A DNA stretch of 64,000 nt from Glycera tridactyla. Taxonomy: Eukaryota. Below the pieces are notes generated by a model. It had not been told where the DNA came from. It was given only the letters and a program-made list of their open reading frames with translations, and made no database searches. The position numbers were made by a program, and so were the translations under genes. The DNA is taken from assembly GCA_965644265.1 (NCBI GenBank), contig OZ286461.1, positions 114,886,001-114,950,000 on the forward strand, given 5' to 3'. This document shows, one piece after another, positions 37,501 to 51,132 of the stretch; the stretch's first letter is position 1; every line of letters starts with the position of its first letter.

Positions 37501-40500
37501 CAAATATGCACCCACAAATCGTGTATGGATATCCTAATATAGACATCTTTTTTGCAGTCTCAGTACATGCTGGCTAGCTTGGCCTTCTTCCTCCAAGCAT
37601 TGTAGAACGTCATTTTGAAAATTGTATATGAGCATATCCCTGCTCGCTCGTTTTTTCTTTATACCCCAGAAGCACTGACATATTTCCATCTGACCAGGGC
37701 TGCTTTTTTCAGCCCAGTGCTCTCATCTAATCAAAAGTCTTTTGTATGAAATGACATTTTGAGTGTCTGATGTGTATGATCCTCACAATGACCATTGGGC
37801 ATAAAGTCATGTTGGTGCTTTGTTTTGTACTCACCAGTAACACTGGTTGACAGATCTAATCCTGGTGGAAGGCAACCCGAACATACTGCATATTCCTCGA
37901 TGAGATATCACACAATATATATATCAGATACAGGGATTTAACAACCAGAATCTTCGCCAGCTTGAATGTCACGCTTCTGTTGAACAATAAAGGATTGTGG
38001 TTGATTTCTCATACAAAAATGGCTGAACATTTCCTCTAGTTCCTCCAGGTAGTGTTGTTTTGTACTCTGGCACGTACCTGCGTGCGCACGTCAATCCGAA
38101 TGAGAGGAAGATGCTAATTGTCTTCAAGATTGTTCCTCAATTAGGCAATCCAACTAATGGAAGTTTCCCTTCGCCATGATTGATAATTCTGGCAATTATC
38201 CCTTTTATTTGTCGTCATGGTGACAAGCAATTGCATCAAGGTAAATTACTTTACATAAATCGAATCACGGAGAGGTGCTCGTAAAATCCCTAATGAGCAG
38301 GGCTGCACAATTCCCAAATAATATTACATGGTATTTGATCGAAGTGTGCCTAATCGGGAAATTCAGTTTCGAGGGCTCGTAATAATGTTGTGTCTTGTCT
38401 CTAATGGGGGTGCTATTTATTTTGGAGATTAGGTCAATGAGAAAGCTTCAGACGCTGCAAAACTTCATTATTATCGAGCGATATATAGCCCCTCCCGACA
38501 TTCTAAATATGACATATTTGCATAAAAGTGTGGTATTGTCCAATTAACAGCGACATGTTGCCATCGACTAGGGCTGTCAATTTATTTACCTGTACCTGTC
38601 CAGTTGTATCAGCTGAGTTTAGCTCTCATTTCCGAGTCCCTTCATCCAACCGTCAATATATGTATTTCTGTGTTTATGTGTAATTGGCCCTTCCTCTATA
38701 CCGTGATAATATCATGGCAGTCTGCAGATCAGCATGATTCAAATTCCCCACCAACCACCGAAGTTGCCAGAGAGGAATTTCGCATCAGGTACACTGGATA
38801 TGATCTTCCCAGTAAAGTTCTTATGGGGGGGGGGGGGCACTCCCTACATGTTGCATGCCTCTATCTGTTGGATGCTATATCCCCTGCAGGCATCACAATC
38901 ACAAAAACTGAAGACAAGATTGAAGGTTGTCAAGCGGAAGTGGCTGACAGATCAAACACATGTTTGAGCAGAATGATTGCCTCTGTACTTACTATTGCAT
39001 ATTCATATACACAATGAACCGTTCCTTGTTGATACCTATTTATTCAGAAGGTGCGCAACACATCTAGATGAATCATAACAACACACATAGCTGTCATTGA
39101 AATCATGTGAAACAGAAATCAAATCTATGTAAATCTCAAATCCTCATTTTCTAAAATACGATCATATTCGTTTTGAAACGCGCTGCTCAGTGAATAAATG
39201 AATGAATAAATGAAAGGATAGATTAATAGATAAATGGATGTATAAACAAATAGTTGAATAAGTGAATAATGAATGAATGGATGAATGGATGAATGGACGA
39301 ATGAATGAATGATTGGATGGATGAGTGGATGAATGGATGAATGAATAAATGAATAAATGAAAAAAAAAATGAATAGGTGCATAGATTATGAGGAGAGTTT
39401 TCAGGTGGAGGGCTTGCAGAGCACGAGCTAGCGGCTGGAGTCCGGGCAGGTTCTTCCTAGATTGACGTAATTCCCAGGATAGACGTGAATAGCTGGCGAC
39501 GTGGCGGTAGGTCAATGTGCTGGTCACCCCAGGGATATAGTCAGGGCGTCCAGCCATATGATACCATTATAAGTGACTAGTAATTGGCTTCATATGTATG
39601 TACACATGTATATATGTGTATATATATCCAGTAGGTGACCAACGCTCAATCATACCAATAATTAATTGACTGAGCTCGCCCCTTCGCCAATGATACCCAC
39701 AGAAATCGACCATCTGTTTCCCCCTCATGGATGCGGGTATAGACGGTAGTCTTCCTCGTTATCGCCATCGTCGTCTCCACGTCTTTGTCAGCATCGTCTT
39801 CATCATTCATCAATCCGTATCAATCGCCACCACTGCCANNNNNNNNNNNNNNNNNNNNNNNNNNNNNNNNNNNNNNNNNNNNNNNNNNNNNNNNNNNNNN
39901 NNNNNNNNNNNNNNNNNNNNNNNNNNNNNNNNNNNNNNNNNNNNNNNNNNNNNNNNNNNNNNNNNNNNNNNNACCAATCTCACTACCTTCACCACCACCA
40001 CCACCACCACCACCACCACCACCACCACCATCACCATCGCCACCTCCACTACCACCATGACCCCGTCATCACCATTTTCATCCCTGCCATCATGAGGTGC
40101 GTTCACTTTTCGACTGACCAACTCCGAGCCTCGATGGTGTATCGCTCCTGAATATCTTCAATTTTGATTAGATATCACTTGTATCAATATCCTCCATTTT
40201 TAATTTAGTTTTGGTGATACTCGGGAGAGGGGAGAAAGAATGTAATCATGTCTATCTTCCATAACTCGTCCCATGATGATGAGAAGTGTTGATGGCATGT
40301 GATGTCTTCACCCCGTCCCGTCATCTTGCTGACACGGACCCACTCCACAAACAAGACGTTTTTACACAATCCAGAACAATCTTCCTGAATGATGAGATCT
40401 CTGATGGTAGCTATCCCATCTCACACACTCGCCCCTGGAAGACATTAGTATGCCCTGGATCCAGTTCAATTGGCTTGTTTCTCCATCCTTTTTACTCTTG

Positions 40501-41541
40501 GACAATGTAGCGGTACTGTCATCTGCACTGGTGTTCGAATCGCATGTTAACAGTAATGGGTTGGATGGTTGCTTCAGAGATGACGAGCATCATCTGGAAA
40601 CGCCCAGGCGATGTAAATGGTGGATGATTCACGACTTCTCCTCCTGGGTCCAAATCAAAATTGACTCCTTGGGTTTCTATATTTTTTATTACCACCTTTC
40701 ATCCTGTAGGAGTCTCGAATGAACCCAACCATGCCCTTGAATAGACGTCTGAATATAGCATAGATGGTGCTGATGGTACGTAAAACGAGCAACCAACCAA
40801 ACAAACTTATGGGTTCCTAACGGGAGGTAAAGACTCCTGAAATTCCCAGACAATTTCACAGCATGGGGCCCAGCAATAATCCATGAACATCTTCGTATTC
40901 ACATGAAAACTGAGATTATACAAACAGGCAAACACACTGACATTTTAGAAAACTAGCAATCATCGTAATTATTTTCAAGGGCACCTACATCTCCGTAAAA
41001 CGAACCCCTGATTGGGCTATTACCATGTAGGGTTAACTGTGGAAAAACTACCTCCCCACCTAAGCTCGAATATCATGGCGACGGCTAATTGCCGCGAACA
41101 CCATCTGAAAAAGTGACTTTTGTCATCGCGCTACAAAACACAGAAGGACCATAGAACTCGCGGACTTTTTTTCGATGTCACATCAGGCGACAATGACAAT
41201 GACGATGACGCAGACAACAATGATGAGAGCTGTTGAGTTAATGATGACGTGTGTGGCGATGACGATGGTGATGACGACGACGGGGAAAACTTCGGTGGTG
41301 ATAATGTCGGTCGGGGTGCTTTTGTCTGGAGGAAAGGGAGGAAAACAAGAAGAAAGAGAAGGATGAAAGTGAGGAGCAAGAGCAGGAGCAGGAGCAGGGC
41401 TGGAGATAAGTAGAGAGAGAAGGAGAATGGGGAGGAGGAGAAAGGGAAGAGAAACGACGTCGAACAAAGGGAGGGGAGGGGGTCAGGAGGAGGGAGAAAG
41501 AGGAGGAGAATTGATGACGATGATTACGACGACGACGATGG

Positions 41542-41588
<47 letters not shown>

Positions 41589-42119
41589 GTGATGATGATT
41601 ATTATTATTATTATCATTTTTACTCCCTCGCTGCCCTCCCCCAACGCCTCAAGTGATGTGTTTTTTTTATCTTTGACATCTCTGCCTAACGTACATCTAC
41701 AGCTCTTTCATACGTCATATTGTTTACCTAGAACGCGACCCAGTTGGTCACTTAACGTCTCAACACCAGATGGCCCATAAACAACTGCCCCGCAGGGAAT
41801 CTGTATGATGTTGAAAAAAGATGTCACTTTTAGAAAAAAAAAACAAATCAACGCACTTCGCAGGTAACCAAATTGAGACAGCTTGTTTCTGTGTTTCATG
41901 AAAGCCCACAAATGTTCACCATTCGCTCGAGACCCGGGTCCTGAATGACCCCACCAAATATTGTATCCTGCGCCATATCGCACATCCCACCCCATGTGCG
42001 ATATCCTCAGCGCACCACCAGGTCTATCATATTGAAGTGTTTGGAATTGCCCAAGGTAGTTAGCTGGTATTTTGCCTTTTAAGATTATGACCACTCTCAT
42101 ATTCATTCCTGTTATTCGA

Positions 42120-42380
42120 TGTGGGTGAACTGACAGCTCCTCACAACAGATTACTTTTCTCGCTATTCGTCTGGGACTATTTCACCAGTTCGGGTCTGAC
42201 CTGTTAGCTACTTCCACTTGACTACCTTTCAGGTTCCCCATCATCTTGTGTTCAGGGTTTGAAAGAGAGATGTCTGCAGGAGAGAGAACATCTAGCTTTC
42301 ATTGACCAGGAACACATGGCATACATAATCCAGTGGGTTGATACATGCCCTTAAACCTCAAACAAACAAACAAACAAACA
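42120..42380 (+). mobile_element. SINE-like repeat, family A, with (AAAC)n tail
   Basis: Core ending TTGATACATGCCCTTAAAC, then AAACAAACAAAC. The 5' part is interrupted by ~70 bp. Confidence 0.72.
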
Positions 42381-43281
42381 ATGGGAGGGAGGAGACGTAT
42401 ACCATATTCCNNNNNNNNNNNNNNNNNNNNNNNNNNNNNNNNNNNNNNNNNNNNNNNNNNNNNNNNNNNNNNNNNNNNNNNNNNNNNNNNNNNNNNNNNN
42501 NNNNNNNNNNNNNNNNNNNNNNNNNNNNNNNNNNNNNNNNNNNNNNNNNNNNNNNNNNNNNNNNNNNNNNNNNNNNNNNNNNNNNNNNNNNNNNNNNNNN
42601 NNNNNNNNNNNNNNNNNNNNNNNNNNNNNNNNNNNNNNNNNNNCTCTCTCTCACAGACACATCAACGAGCATCTCCCCGACATACATATATCTACTTACA
42701 CCCACACTCTCTCTGTGATTTCCCACGGCATCATGGTGTCAGATGTGGTAATCTATTTATAGCATATTCCTACATTCAGTAATGTTGGTAAGCGGGGAGC
42801 CAGCAGCGGCGGAATCTGGTCATAATGGGATGAGACAGCCGAGTTGTAGAGCAAATACGGGAGAAATCCCAATATGTACAGTCTGGAGTCTGAAAGTAGT
42901 GGGCGGTACACACACCAACACGCTCGTGTGCGTGCGTGCACGCACGNNNNNNNNNNNNNNNNNNNNNNNNNNNNNNNNNNNNNNNNNNNNNNNNNNNNNN
43001 NNNNNNNNNNNNNNNNNNNNNNNNNNNNNNNNNNNNNNNNNNNNNNNNNNNNNNNNNNNNNNNNNNNNNNNNNNNNNNNNNNNNNNNNNNNNNNTATAGT
43101 GTAGAGTCTGAGATGAGTGGGCAGTACACACAGTACATTCTCATTGCAGACATCACCTGCTCTGGATGGTTGTGTTCAGTCTGTCCGAGTATTCCATTAA
43201 TATCCCAGTCCCCCGCCCCACGCCAGTATCGTTCATATCGATCACCTATTTGTAGAGAGAGTGAGTGAGAGAGAATGTGAG

Positions 43282-43312
<31 letters not shown>

Positions 43313-43369
43313 GAGGGAGGAACAGAGAGATGGGGCGGGAGATAGAAACGGAGAGAAAGACTGACCGAC

Positions 43370-43745
43370 CGATAGGTGGAGGGAAGCGACCGATAGGTGG
43401 AGGGAAGGGACAGACAAATGGAGGGAAGGGACAGAAGGACAGACAGATGGAGGGAAGGGACAGACTGACCGACAGATGGAGGGAAGGGACAGACCGACAG
43501 ACAGATGGAGGGAGGGGACAGACCGACTGACAGATGGAGGGAAGGGACAGACAGATGGAGGGAAGGGACAGGCAGATGGAGGGAAGGGACAGACAGATGG
43601 AGGGAAGGGACAGACAGATGGAGGGAAGGGACATACAGATGGAGGGAAGGGACAGACTGACCGACAGATGAAGGGAAGGGACAGACCGACAGACAGATAG
43701 AGGGAAGGGACAGACCGACCGACAGATGGAGGGAAGGGACAGGCA
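43370..43745. repeat. ~21-29-bp purine-rich minisatellite
   Basis: GATGGAGGGAAGGGACAGACA units. Confidence 0.9.
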
Positions 43746-45039
43746 TAAATACATTTTTTTAGTGATATAAATCATGTCAGAGACATAATTCCCGACTGTA
43801 CATAAATACATACATACATACATTCCATATGTGGCCATACATATAGTGAAGGGGTTGGCTGGAGGGTGCTAATAAACGAGATGGTGCAAACAAGCGTGCT
43901 TGAAAGCAATCAAGCCGCTACTGCATAATGTAGCAGGTGTCTGTGGGGCTTTGTTTGTCTCTCCTAGTCCTTAATGTCACTCCATTTGACTATTAACCAG
44001 GGCCAGTCAGGTGTCCATCACCTCAATAGCGATGCAACTACTAACACTCATTCCAAACCTGCTCCTGTCATGTAGATCTGACTCATTGATAATCAGTTTA
44101 GTGGACTTCATGTTCACTTTGGACTGAATCCGTCCGGAGATACCAGGGGCTTTAAATAGTTCAGACCCTCTGATTCATTAATTCATTTTGCTTTGGTCTG
44201 TATACTCTTTTTCATTTCTTTTGGCCGTATAATTGAGAGGTCATATTGATATCATCACCGTAGTGATTGCCTGGAGGAGGGAACGAGTGGAAATGGCTCA
44301 TCTTTATCGTTGAATACATGTATTTGGGAGCTTTCTGAATGCTTGGATGCAACCAAGTATGTGATGACATTCATTTACGCGGCCAACTGGAGGCCCACAT
44401 GAATTTATCAAATTATCTCAGTGGCTGAAAATATCTGCCCTAGTGTAGTTGAATATAGAGCAATCCCATATCCACGGGGTCCCTGAAAAAAAAATGCGCT
44501 ACTCACTGTATGACTATGTATACTTTTTTTTGCAATAATGGCTGAAACTTTGTTATTGATGTTTTCAACACCTATTTGAGTCGGAGTTACTGAAGAAAAA
44601 ATGCCGTTGGAGGCTGACTTTATCTATGATATCCATATTCACATCTACCTGACAATTATACTTTACTGTAAACACTGTATGACTGTATATGTTTATTTTG
44701 CAATCATGGCTGAGATGGGCGTGAGTGTGAATCCCGCCCGGATTGATTGTGGCATATTGCTAATGTAGATGGACGTGTGAATACATGCATAATGCTCACC
44801 TTCACACTTTACTGACGAGATAAAAACACACTTAACACGCGAGTAAATCAGGGAGTTATCTTCCGAGATATCCAGGGACGGGAAGTTACCCAGAGAGGGC
44901 AGGGCGGCATTATGAGGACGTGAGGATGAGAGCAGGCTCGATGTATTGGTTGTTGGATTACCTGGCTTGGCTATCTTTTGATAATGGATCAGTTATTTTA
45001 ATACCGCCACCGCCAACGCAGCCACTTCCATCACCAGTA

Positions 45040-45206
45040 TTATATCACCACTACTGTCGCTGCCACCGGCGCCACTGCCGCCAACACCGGTGCCACCACC
45101 GCCAACACCATCACCACTACCTCCACCGCCCTCACCATTGCCGCTGCTCCCACCACTGCCGCCGCCGCCACCACCACCATTACCACCACTGCCGCGACCA
45201 CCTCAG

Positions 45207-45237
<31 letters not shown>

Positions 45238-45420
45238 TACCACCACTGCTGCCACCACTGCCTCCAGGACCACCACTGCCGACGCCACCACCATTACCAC
45301 CACTGCCGCCAGTACCACCACGGCCACCACCACCACCCCAATGCCGCCACGACCGGGGTCACCACGACCATTCCGAACAACGCTAGGATGACTACCAGAA
45401 CTACCACCATCACCGTCAAC
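45040..45420. repeat. (CAC/CCA)n-derived cryptic trinucleotide repeat
   Basis: Degenerate CACCACTGCCGC tract, which explains the His-, Pro- and Val-rich ORFs. Confidence 0.85.
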
Positions 45421-46611
45421 TACAACAATCGTCATCTCTCTCACCACTCATACAACTGTCACCCCCTCCCCCCGCCATGAATGGCATCAGCGCTGCCACC
45501 ACCCGGGATGGACAGAATTGGGATATATTAGAGGACAGCTCCATTAGTCTGTTATTGTCATGAATCACTCAAACCCCATATATGATCCGCGGCGTGTCAT
45601 GAATATTTGATTTCATGCGCTTCCAGAGGTTATGTTTTTCAGGTGCCGTCATAGTATGGTAGGACCTGTATACGTATTTTTTTTCGATGTGTGATCATTA
45701 TTTGGTTATTTATTCATTTACGACTACCGGGAATCGTGTATCAGGTGCTATCAAAATTTACACAGCTTTTGTCGCTCACGACTTTTGGACTTTGTGGAAG
45801 TTTTAATGATGCTTAACAGATATTTGTGGTTATGTGTAAATCCGAGTTTATCGCATGGAATCCTTCAAGCTTGACAGCAACCAGAATGTTTTCTCACTGA
45901 ATGATGTCATTTATGATTTTCTGTCCACGCACATCCAAGTAGCCAGTATCGCGTGAATACTGAGCATTTAGCTCCAGGAAAGGACTGGAAATGAGGATGA
46001 TGAAGTCTTGTTTTTTTTACGAACTACGAGTTGTTCAGCCGTGCGTTTTGGTCTATGGCCTATCAACAACTAGCAGTGATTTACGTCTAAATATATACTA
46101 TTTTCGGGTGTCATTTGTGCGATGTTCATCATTAATGGATGTCATTTGATTGATGATAATTACTAATGGTATTGAACAATTTGATTGATTGTAGTGAACA
46201 CCACCTCTGGATAATAATGTATGACGACGGGCCATGTTCTGTTTTCTGTGATTCAGATACAGCGAACTCTGGGTTTCTTCGATATGAATAAAGTCACTCT
46301 TATAGGTGATATTGTACAACTACAAGTCATTTTCGGTGTCATTTGAGAGAGTTGGCTGCTACCTATGTGCTATATATGAGTGTGTGTGTAGAGTGAGGTA
46401 CGGTTGATTGTTTGGTGATGATGCTGGCTGACCGGTGAGTTGGGTGCTACCTGTGTGCTATATGTGGGTGTGTGTGTAGAGTGAGGTATAGTCAATTGTT
46501 TGGTGATGAGGCCTGCTGACCAGTGAAGCGGATGTGATGGATTGCAGCATCCGGACGAGGAACATGAATAATGCAAATATACCAGTCAACCAATATACGC
46601 CTCTCTCTCTG

Positions 46612-47122
46612 TCACAACTGGCCATTATATAGAGATCTCTGCCACTCACAAGCGTACGCACGCTCATGCACGCACACTGGCATTTCACAACTGGCCATCA
46701 TATTTAGAGATCTCGGCCACTCACAAGTGTGCGCACGCACATACGCGCACACGGGCATTTCACAACTGGCCATCATATAGAGAGATCTCGGCCACTCACA
46801 AGCATAAGCACGCACATGCACGCACACTGGCATTTCACAACTGGCCATCATATAGACAGATCTCTGCCACTCACAAGCGTACGCACGCACGCACACGGGC
46901 ATGTCACAACTGGCCATCATATAGAGAGATCTCTGCCACTCACAAGCGTACGCACGCACGCACACGGGCATGTCACAACTGGCCATCATGTAGAGAAATA
47001 TGCAACTCACACACACGCACGCACGCTCGCACGCACGCACATGCACGCACGCGGGCATGTCACAACCGACCATCATATACAGATCTCTGCCACTCACACA
47101 CACACATGCACGCACGCACATG

Positions 47123-47179
<57 letters not shown>

Positions 47180-47220
47180 GCACACTGGCATGTCACAACC
47201 GGCCATCAAATATAGATCTC
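46612..47220. repeat. 69-75-bp compound minisatellite, ~8 copies, merging into (CA)n
   Basis: TCACAACTGGCCATCATATAGAGAGATCTCTGCCACTCACAAG at 46612, 46685, 46760, 46835, 46904, 46973, 47060 and 47193. Confidence 0.9.
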
Positions 47221-48059
47221 CAACACGCACTTACACACACCCATCTCACGCACTCCCTGACATGGATACCTGTAGTGCACACGATCGAACATCTACACTT
47301 AATTACACATGAAAGGAAACACACAGACACACACAAACACACACAGACACACACACACACACATGCACACCCACACACACACACATGCACACACCACACC
47401 TCACCATTTCACACGCTGGCCTACTTGCACACTCAGCACATACCTCACGCACATTTGACCCTACTCCACACTTGCAGGTTCATTTACGCACTTCCATATT
47501 CAAATATTTATATAGACTTATCACGTAATTCACGTGAACTTCACGAATATTCTGCTTCCGCTGGAAATCAGGAAGGTCGAGTCTTGAATGATCCCACCCA
47601 TGCCAAATGTATAGGCGTCACAGTATCACAAATATGGCGCTGACGTGACGTTAAACTAGAATCAATCAACCAACTCGTGATCCGCCCACAGACATACATA
47701 GATACAGATCCTGCTACCTTCACCACCTCGAACAAGATTGTCAAAATGATGTCATAGCGACGCATGATCCAGGTGGTTAACAGGCCGATTCAGTGTCATA
47801 GCAGTGACGTAGCGACGTCATTGCAACGTCACGTGGATATTTAGCGGCCATTCCATGATTGGGTGCTATCTATGTCTGGTTGCATGTAATGCAGTGCTGT
47901 GATTGCACAACACGGGAAACAACGTCATGATGATGCAATGGAGAACGAATAATGACGCCATGACGCCACACTAATTATCTGTATCATGTTTCCATGTTGT
48001 ATCCGTTTTGCGAACTAGGTCACGTCACTCATGTTCTTACATTGGGCTTCACCATTAGA

Positions 48060-48064
48060 GAAGT

Positions 48065-48132
<68 letters not shown>

Positions 48133-48495
48133 AGCGAGAGGGAGAGAGAGAGGGGGGGAGAGGGTGGGGGTGGAGGGAGGCAGAGAGCGGAGGGAGAGTG
48201 AGCCACTGAGAGAGAGGGAAGAGGAAGAGAATGTGGGGTAGAGGGAGGAAGAGGGACAGAGAGATGAGAGAGAGAGAGGAAGATAGAGAGGGAGAGAAGA
48301 GAGAGTGGGAGAGAGAATGAGAGAGAAACAGAGAGAGACAGAGAGAGAGAGGGGAGAAAGAGAGAGACACAGAGGGAGGAGGAGAAAAGAAGAGAGAGAG
48401 ACATGAGGAAGGAAGAGGCATAGAGAGGAGAGAACGAGAGAGAAGAGAGACAGAGAGGGAGAGAAGAGGGAGAGCGAGAGAGAAGAAGAGAGAGA
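48060..48495. repeat. (GA)n-rich tract
   Basis: Purine-rich dinucleotide repeat. Other simple repeats: (GAT)n 2125-2195, 41520-41612 and 54970-55190; (GA)n 2808-2870 and 11237-11400; (ATCA)/(GAAT) 19100-19330 and 39200-39360; (CTGT)n 25005-25078; (CCTA)/(CCCA) 31260-31420. Confidence 0.95.
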
Positions 48496-49159
48496 ACAAC
48501 TGTATGAAGTATTTAGGACAGTCAATGAAGCTACTGATATGGATCAAAATGAGAATGACTAATTTCAATCTACACATATAGTATCATTCCCTTCGAACAA
48601 CAAAACCCAAATGTTCAGTACACTATTTATCTATGGTGGTCGTAAGGATGCATATTGTGCTGTTAGGTGGTTATTTCTGTGGCTAAAATACCAATCCCGT
48701 AAGCATTGCTGAGGACTTGAATGAATGAAGCTTCGATCCATCAAACTAATTGCATCCGGTTTCAGTTCCCTAAAAGTCATTGACTTCCAACAAGTAGCAA
48801 ATAACGTGGTGATGTTTCAAACCACAAACTATACGCTGCCATTGGTGATTTAACAAAAAAATATAGCATCGAAATGGTACAGTCATTTTAGAGTCGATTA
48901 TATGATCACATTTCTTGGAGGAAACAGGAATTTTGGAAATTCGAATCCTTTACAAGACTAGCAATGAAGTTACGAAGGATTCTGATAGATTTGTTGTCCC
49001 TTTCCTCGCCAATTATGACTTCCTGTCTCAAGGAGAAAGCAAACTGCCTGGAACAATCCTCTGTTTTTTTCTCGAAAAGCTGGAATGGAAAAGTTCTTAT
49101 TCAGATCGTAACTCACACTTGAATCCCATTCCTGAATCAGATATGCGCAATTAAGACAT

Positions 49160-49304
49160 AGACAATCTGTATCGAGTCCCTGGGACAGATAAGCTGCCCA
49201 GCCCGAGGTACGCCGATTTTCGTCCGTGCCGAGGCTTTGCCGAGGCACGGACGAAAAAATCGGCGTACCGAGGGACTCGATACAGATTGTCTTTCTCACC
49301 CACC
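49160..49304. other. Branched cruciform (22-bp outer stem, ~24-bp inner stem) ending in the TTTCTCACCCACC motif
   Basis: AGACAATCTGTATCGAGTCCCT (49160-49181) is the reverse complement of AGGGACTCGATACAGATTGTCT (49271-49292). The inner stem GGTACGCCGATTTTCGTCCGTGCC / GGCACGGACGAAAAAATCGGCGTACC encloses GAGGCTTTGCCGA. There is a small side hairpin GGGACAG-ATAAG-CTGCCC. Confidence 0.85.
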
Positions 49305-50135
49305 ATAATGGCAAAAACAATCTTTTTATTGGCTGAATCGAAATCCCAAAATCCGCCATTCTGATGCTGAATCTGTTGTATCCATACATCATAAATTCAC
49401 CATATCACTACGCCTACCGACTTTTACATGGAGTCCAATGAGAACCGCGTAGTCGCCGTGGTCCGTAGTGAAAACACTACGCGCGCAAAACGTAGTTTCA
49501 AATTTCACCATCTCTTTCGAGGCCATTTTCATGCTTTTTCGTCGCCAAAAATACATGAAAACGATCATAAATTCCAGATTCACCAGAAAGAATGAAAAAT
49601 ATTGAATATTTAACGAATATTCGAGACGAATTACTTTTTCGCGCCACCCCCCGGCCAAGTCAGAATGGGGACCTCAAATTGTTTTGCAGACGCTCACCTT
49701 CGCGAAAAACACGTTTTTCAATGAAAATATGAAGAAATGGTGAATTCTAACACCAGTTGTAGCAAGATCCAGTTATTGTCTTTCGTTTTACATGGGGTAT
49801 GGCGTGTGACAGTGACTAAAAACGTATTTTGAGAGCGATTTCCGTGGCTTGTCAACTCGGAAAAAGAAGTTACCAAGAAGGCGAAAGGGATCACCTTCGT
49901 CATTTCTCCATGTAGACATGGTGGAAACCGCACGTTTTTCATGAAAAGTGGCGCATAGAAGACACCAACTGGCCAATATTTAGAGAGATGGTGATCTTAT
50001 CTTTCGTTTTACATGCAGATTTCTAGATGATAGGTCGTCTTGTCTTCATATTCGCGCGATTTCCGGGGCTTGTCAACACGAAAGAAGTTCCACCCAAGAT
50101 GGCGATCGCAATCATCTCCAACTTGCTTTACAAGT

Positions 50136-50452
50136 CGAAAAATACGTATAATGGCGAAATGAGGAGGAATCACTTCGAGCTAGTTCACGTGGGGCGAGAT
50201 TTCGATGTTTTCTTTCGTTATATACGCAGTTTGAGAGGTGATAACCAGTCTATTTCTTTGTTGGAGGCGAATTCCGTCGTCTGATAATTTGATTGTAGAA
50301 ATACCAAGATGGCGGTCGCGAGTTTCTTCATGCTGCTTTAAATGACGAAAAATACGTATAATGGCGAAATGAGGAGGAATCACTTCGAGCTAGTTCACAT
50401 GGGGTGAGATTTCGATGTTTCCTTTTGTTTTATACACAGTTTGAGAGGTGAT
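50136..50452. repeat. Direct duplication of ~107 bp (period 210 bp)
   Basis: CGAAAAATACGTATAATGGCGAAATGAGGAGGAATCACTTCGAGCTAGTTCAC...GAGAGGTGAT occurs at ~50136 and ~50346. Confidence 0.9.
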
Positions 50453-50539
50453 TACTGGGTTATTGGAGCTGATTCAATTCAGACAACTGATAGCCAGGGC
50501 TCCAAGTTTACCCCCCCCATCTCTCTCCCTCTCCCTCTC

Positions 50540-50575
<36 letters not shown>

Positions 50576-50804
50576 GATCTCATACCCTGATACCTGGTGG
50601 ATGAAATAAATTTCCTTGAATGAGGGTTGTACATGATTGGTTAGAGCTGTCTGGGTGATAGGTGATTATGGTAAATACAGAATCAAGCATAGAGTTGCTG
50701 TGGTGTTACAGTAAACAGTGCAAAAACATGATAAATATAACCTTGTCAAACTGATAACAGAATAGATATTTAACTGACACTCACAAAAGTTATCTGCTGC
50801 CCCT

Positions 50805-50838
<34 letters not shown>

Positions 50839-51132
50839 AAGATGGCCTCCAGCAACCTCCTCCCAAATTTAAAGATTAACTGTAACAGATGACGTAGAAT
50901 GAAGAAAATGCCTGAACTTACCCATCGACAACTGTTGCTCCCAATGTCCTAACATCAACTATTGTTGTTCCTCACTGTCATAACATCAACAACTGTGGCT
51001 CCCCAATGTCGTTACAATTTTCCGAACATCCTCCCTTGGTACCATTGTGATGCAAATGTTCCATCCATTGTCCAGGCGAAAAAATACATATACACGCATA
51101 TTTACACTATGTACACAAAGGCATACTCGCAG

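Noticed and set aside
37951-37976. KRDIQAGE, SET-domain-like fragment (minus strand)
   Set aside because: It is only 8 aa, followed by a stop, with no other SET motif nearby.
41975-42004. 11-bp perfect hairpin as a Helitron 3' end
   Set aside because: There is no CTRR terminus at the expected distance on either strand.
3185-43417. ORFs in the track that span N runs
   Set aside because: They are open only because N codons are untranslated. Gaps lie at ~3359-3554, 11569-11796, 22997-23158, 25516-25718, 26475-26619, 31117-31251, 31434-31687, 37101-37309, 39839-39972, 42411-42643 and 42947-43094.
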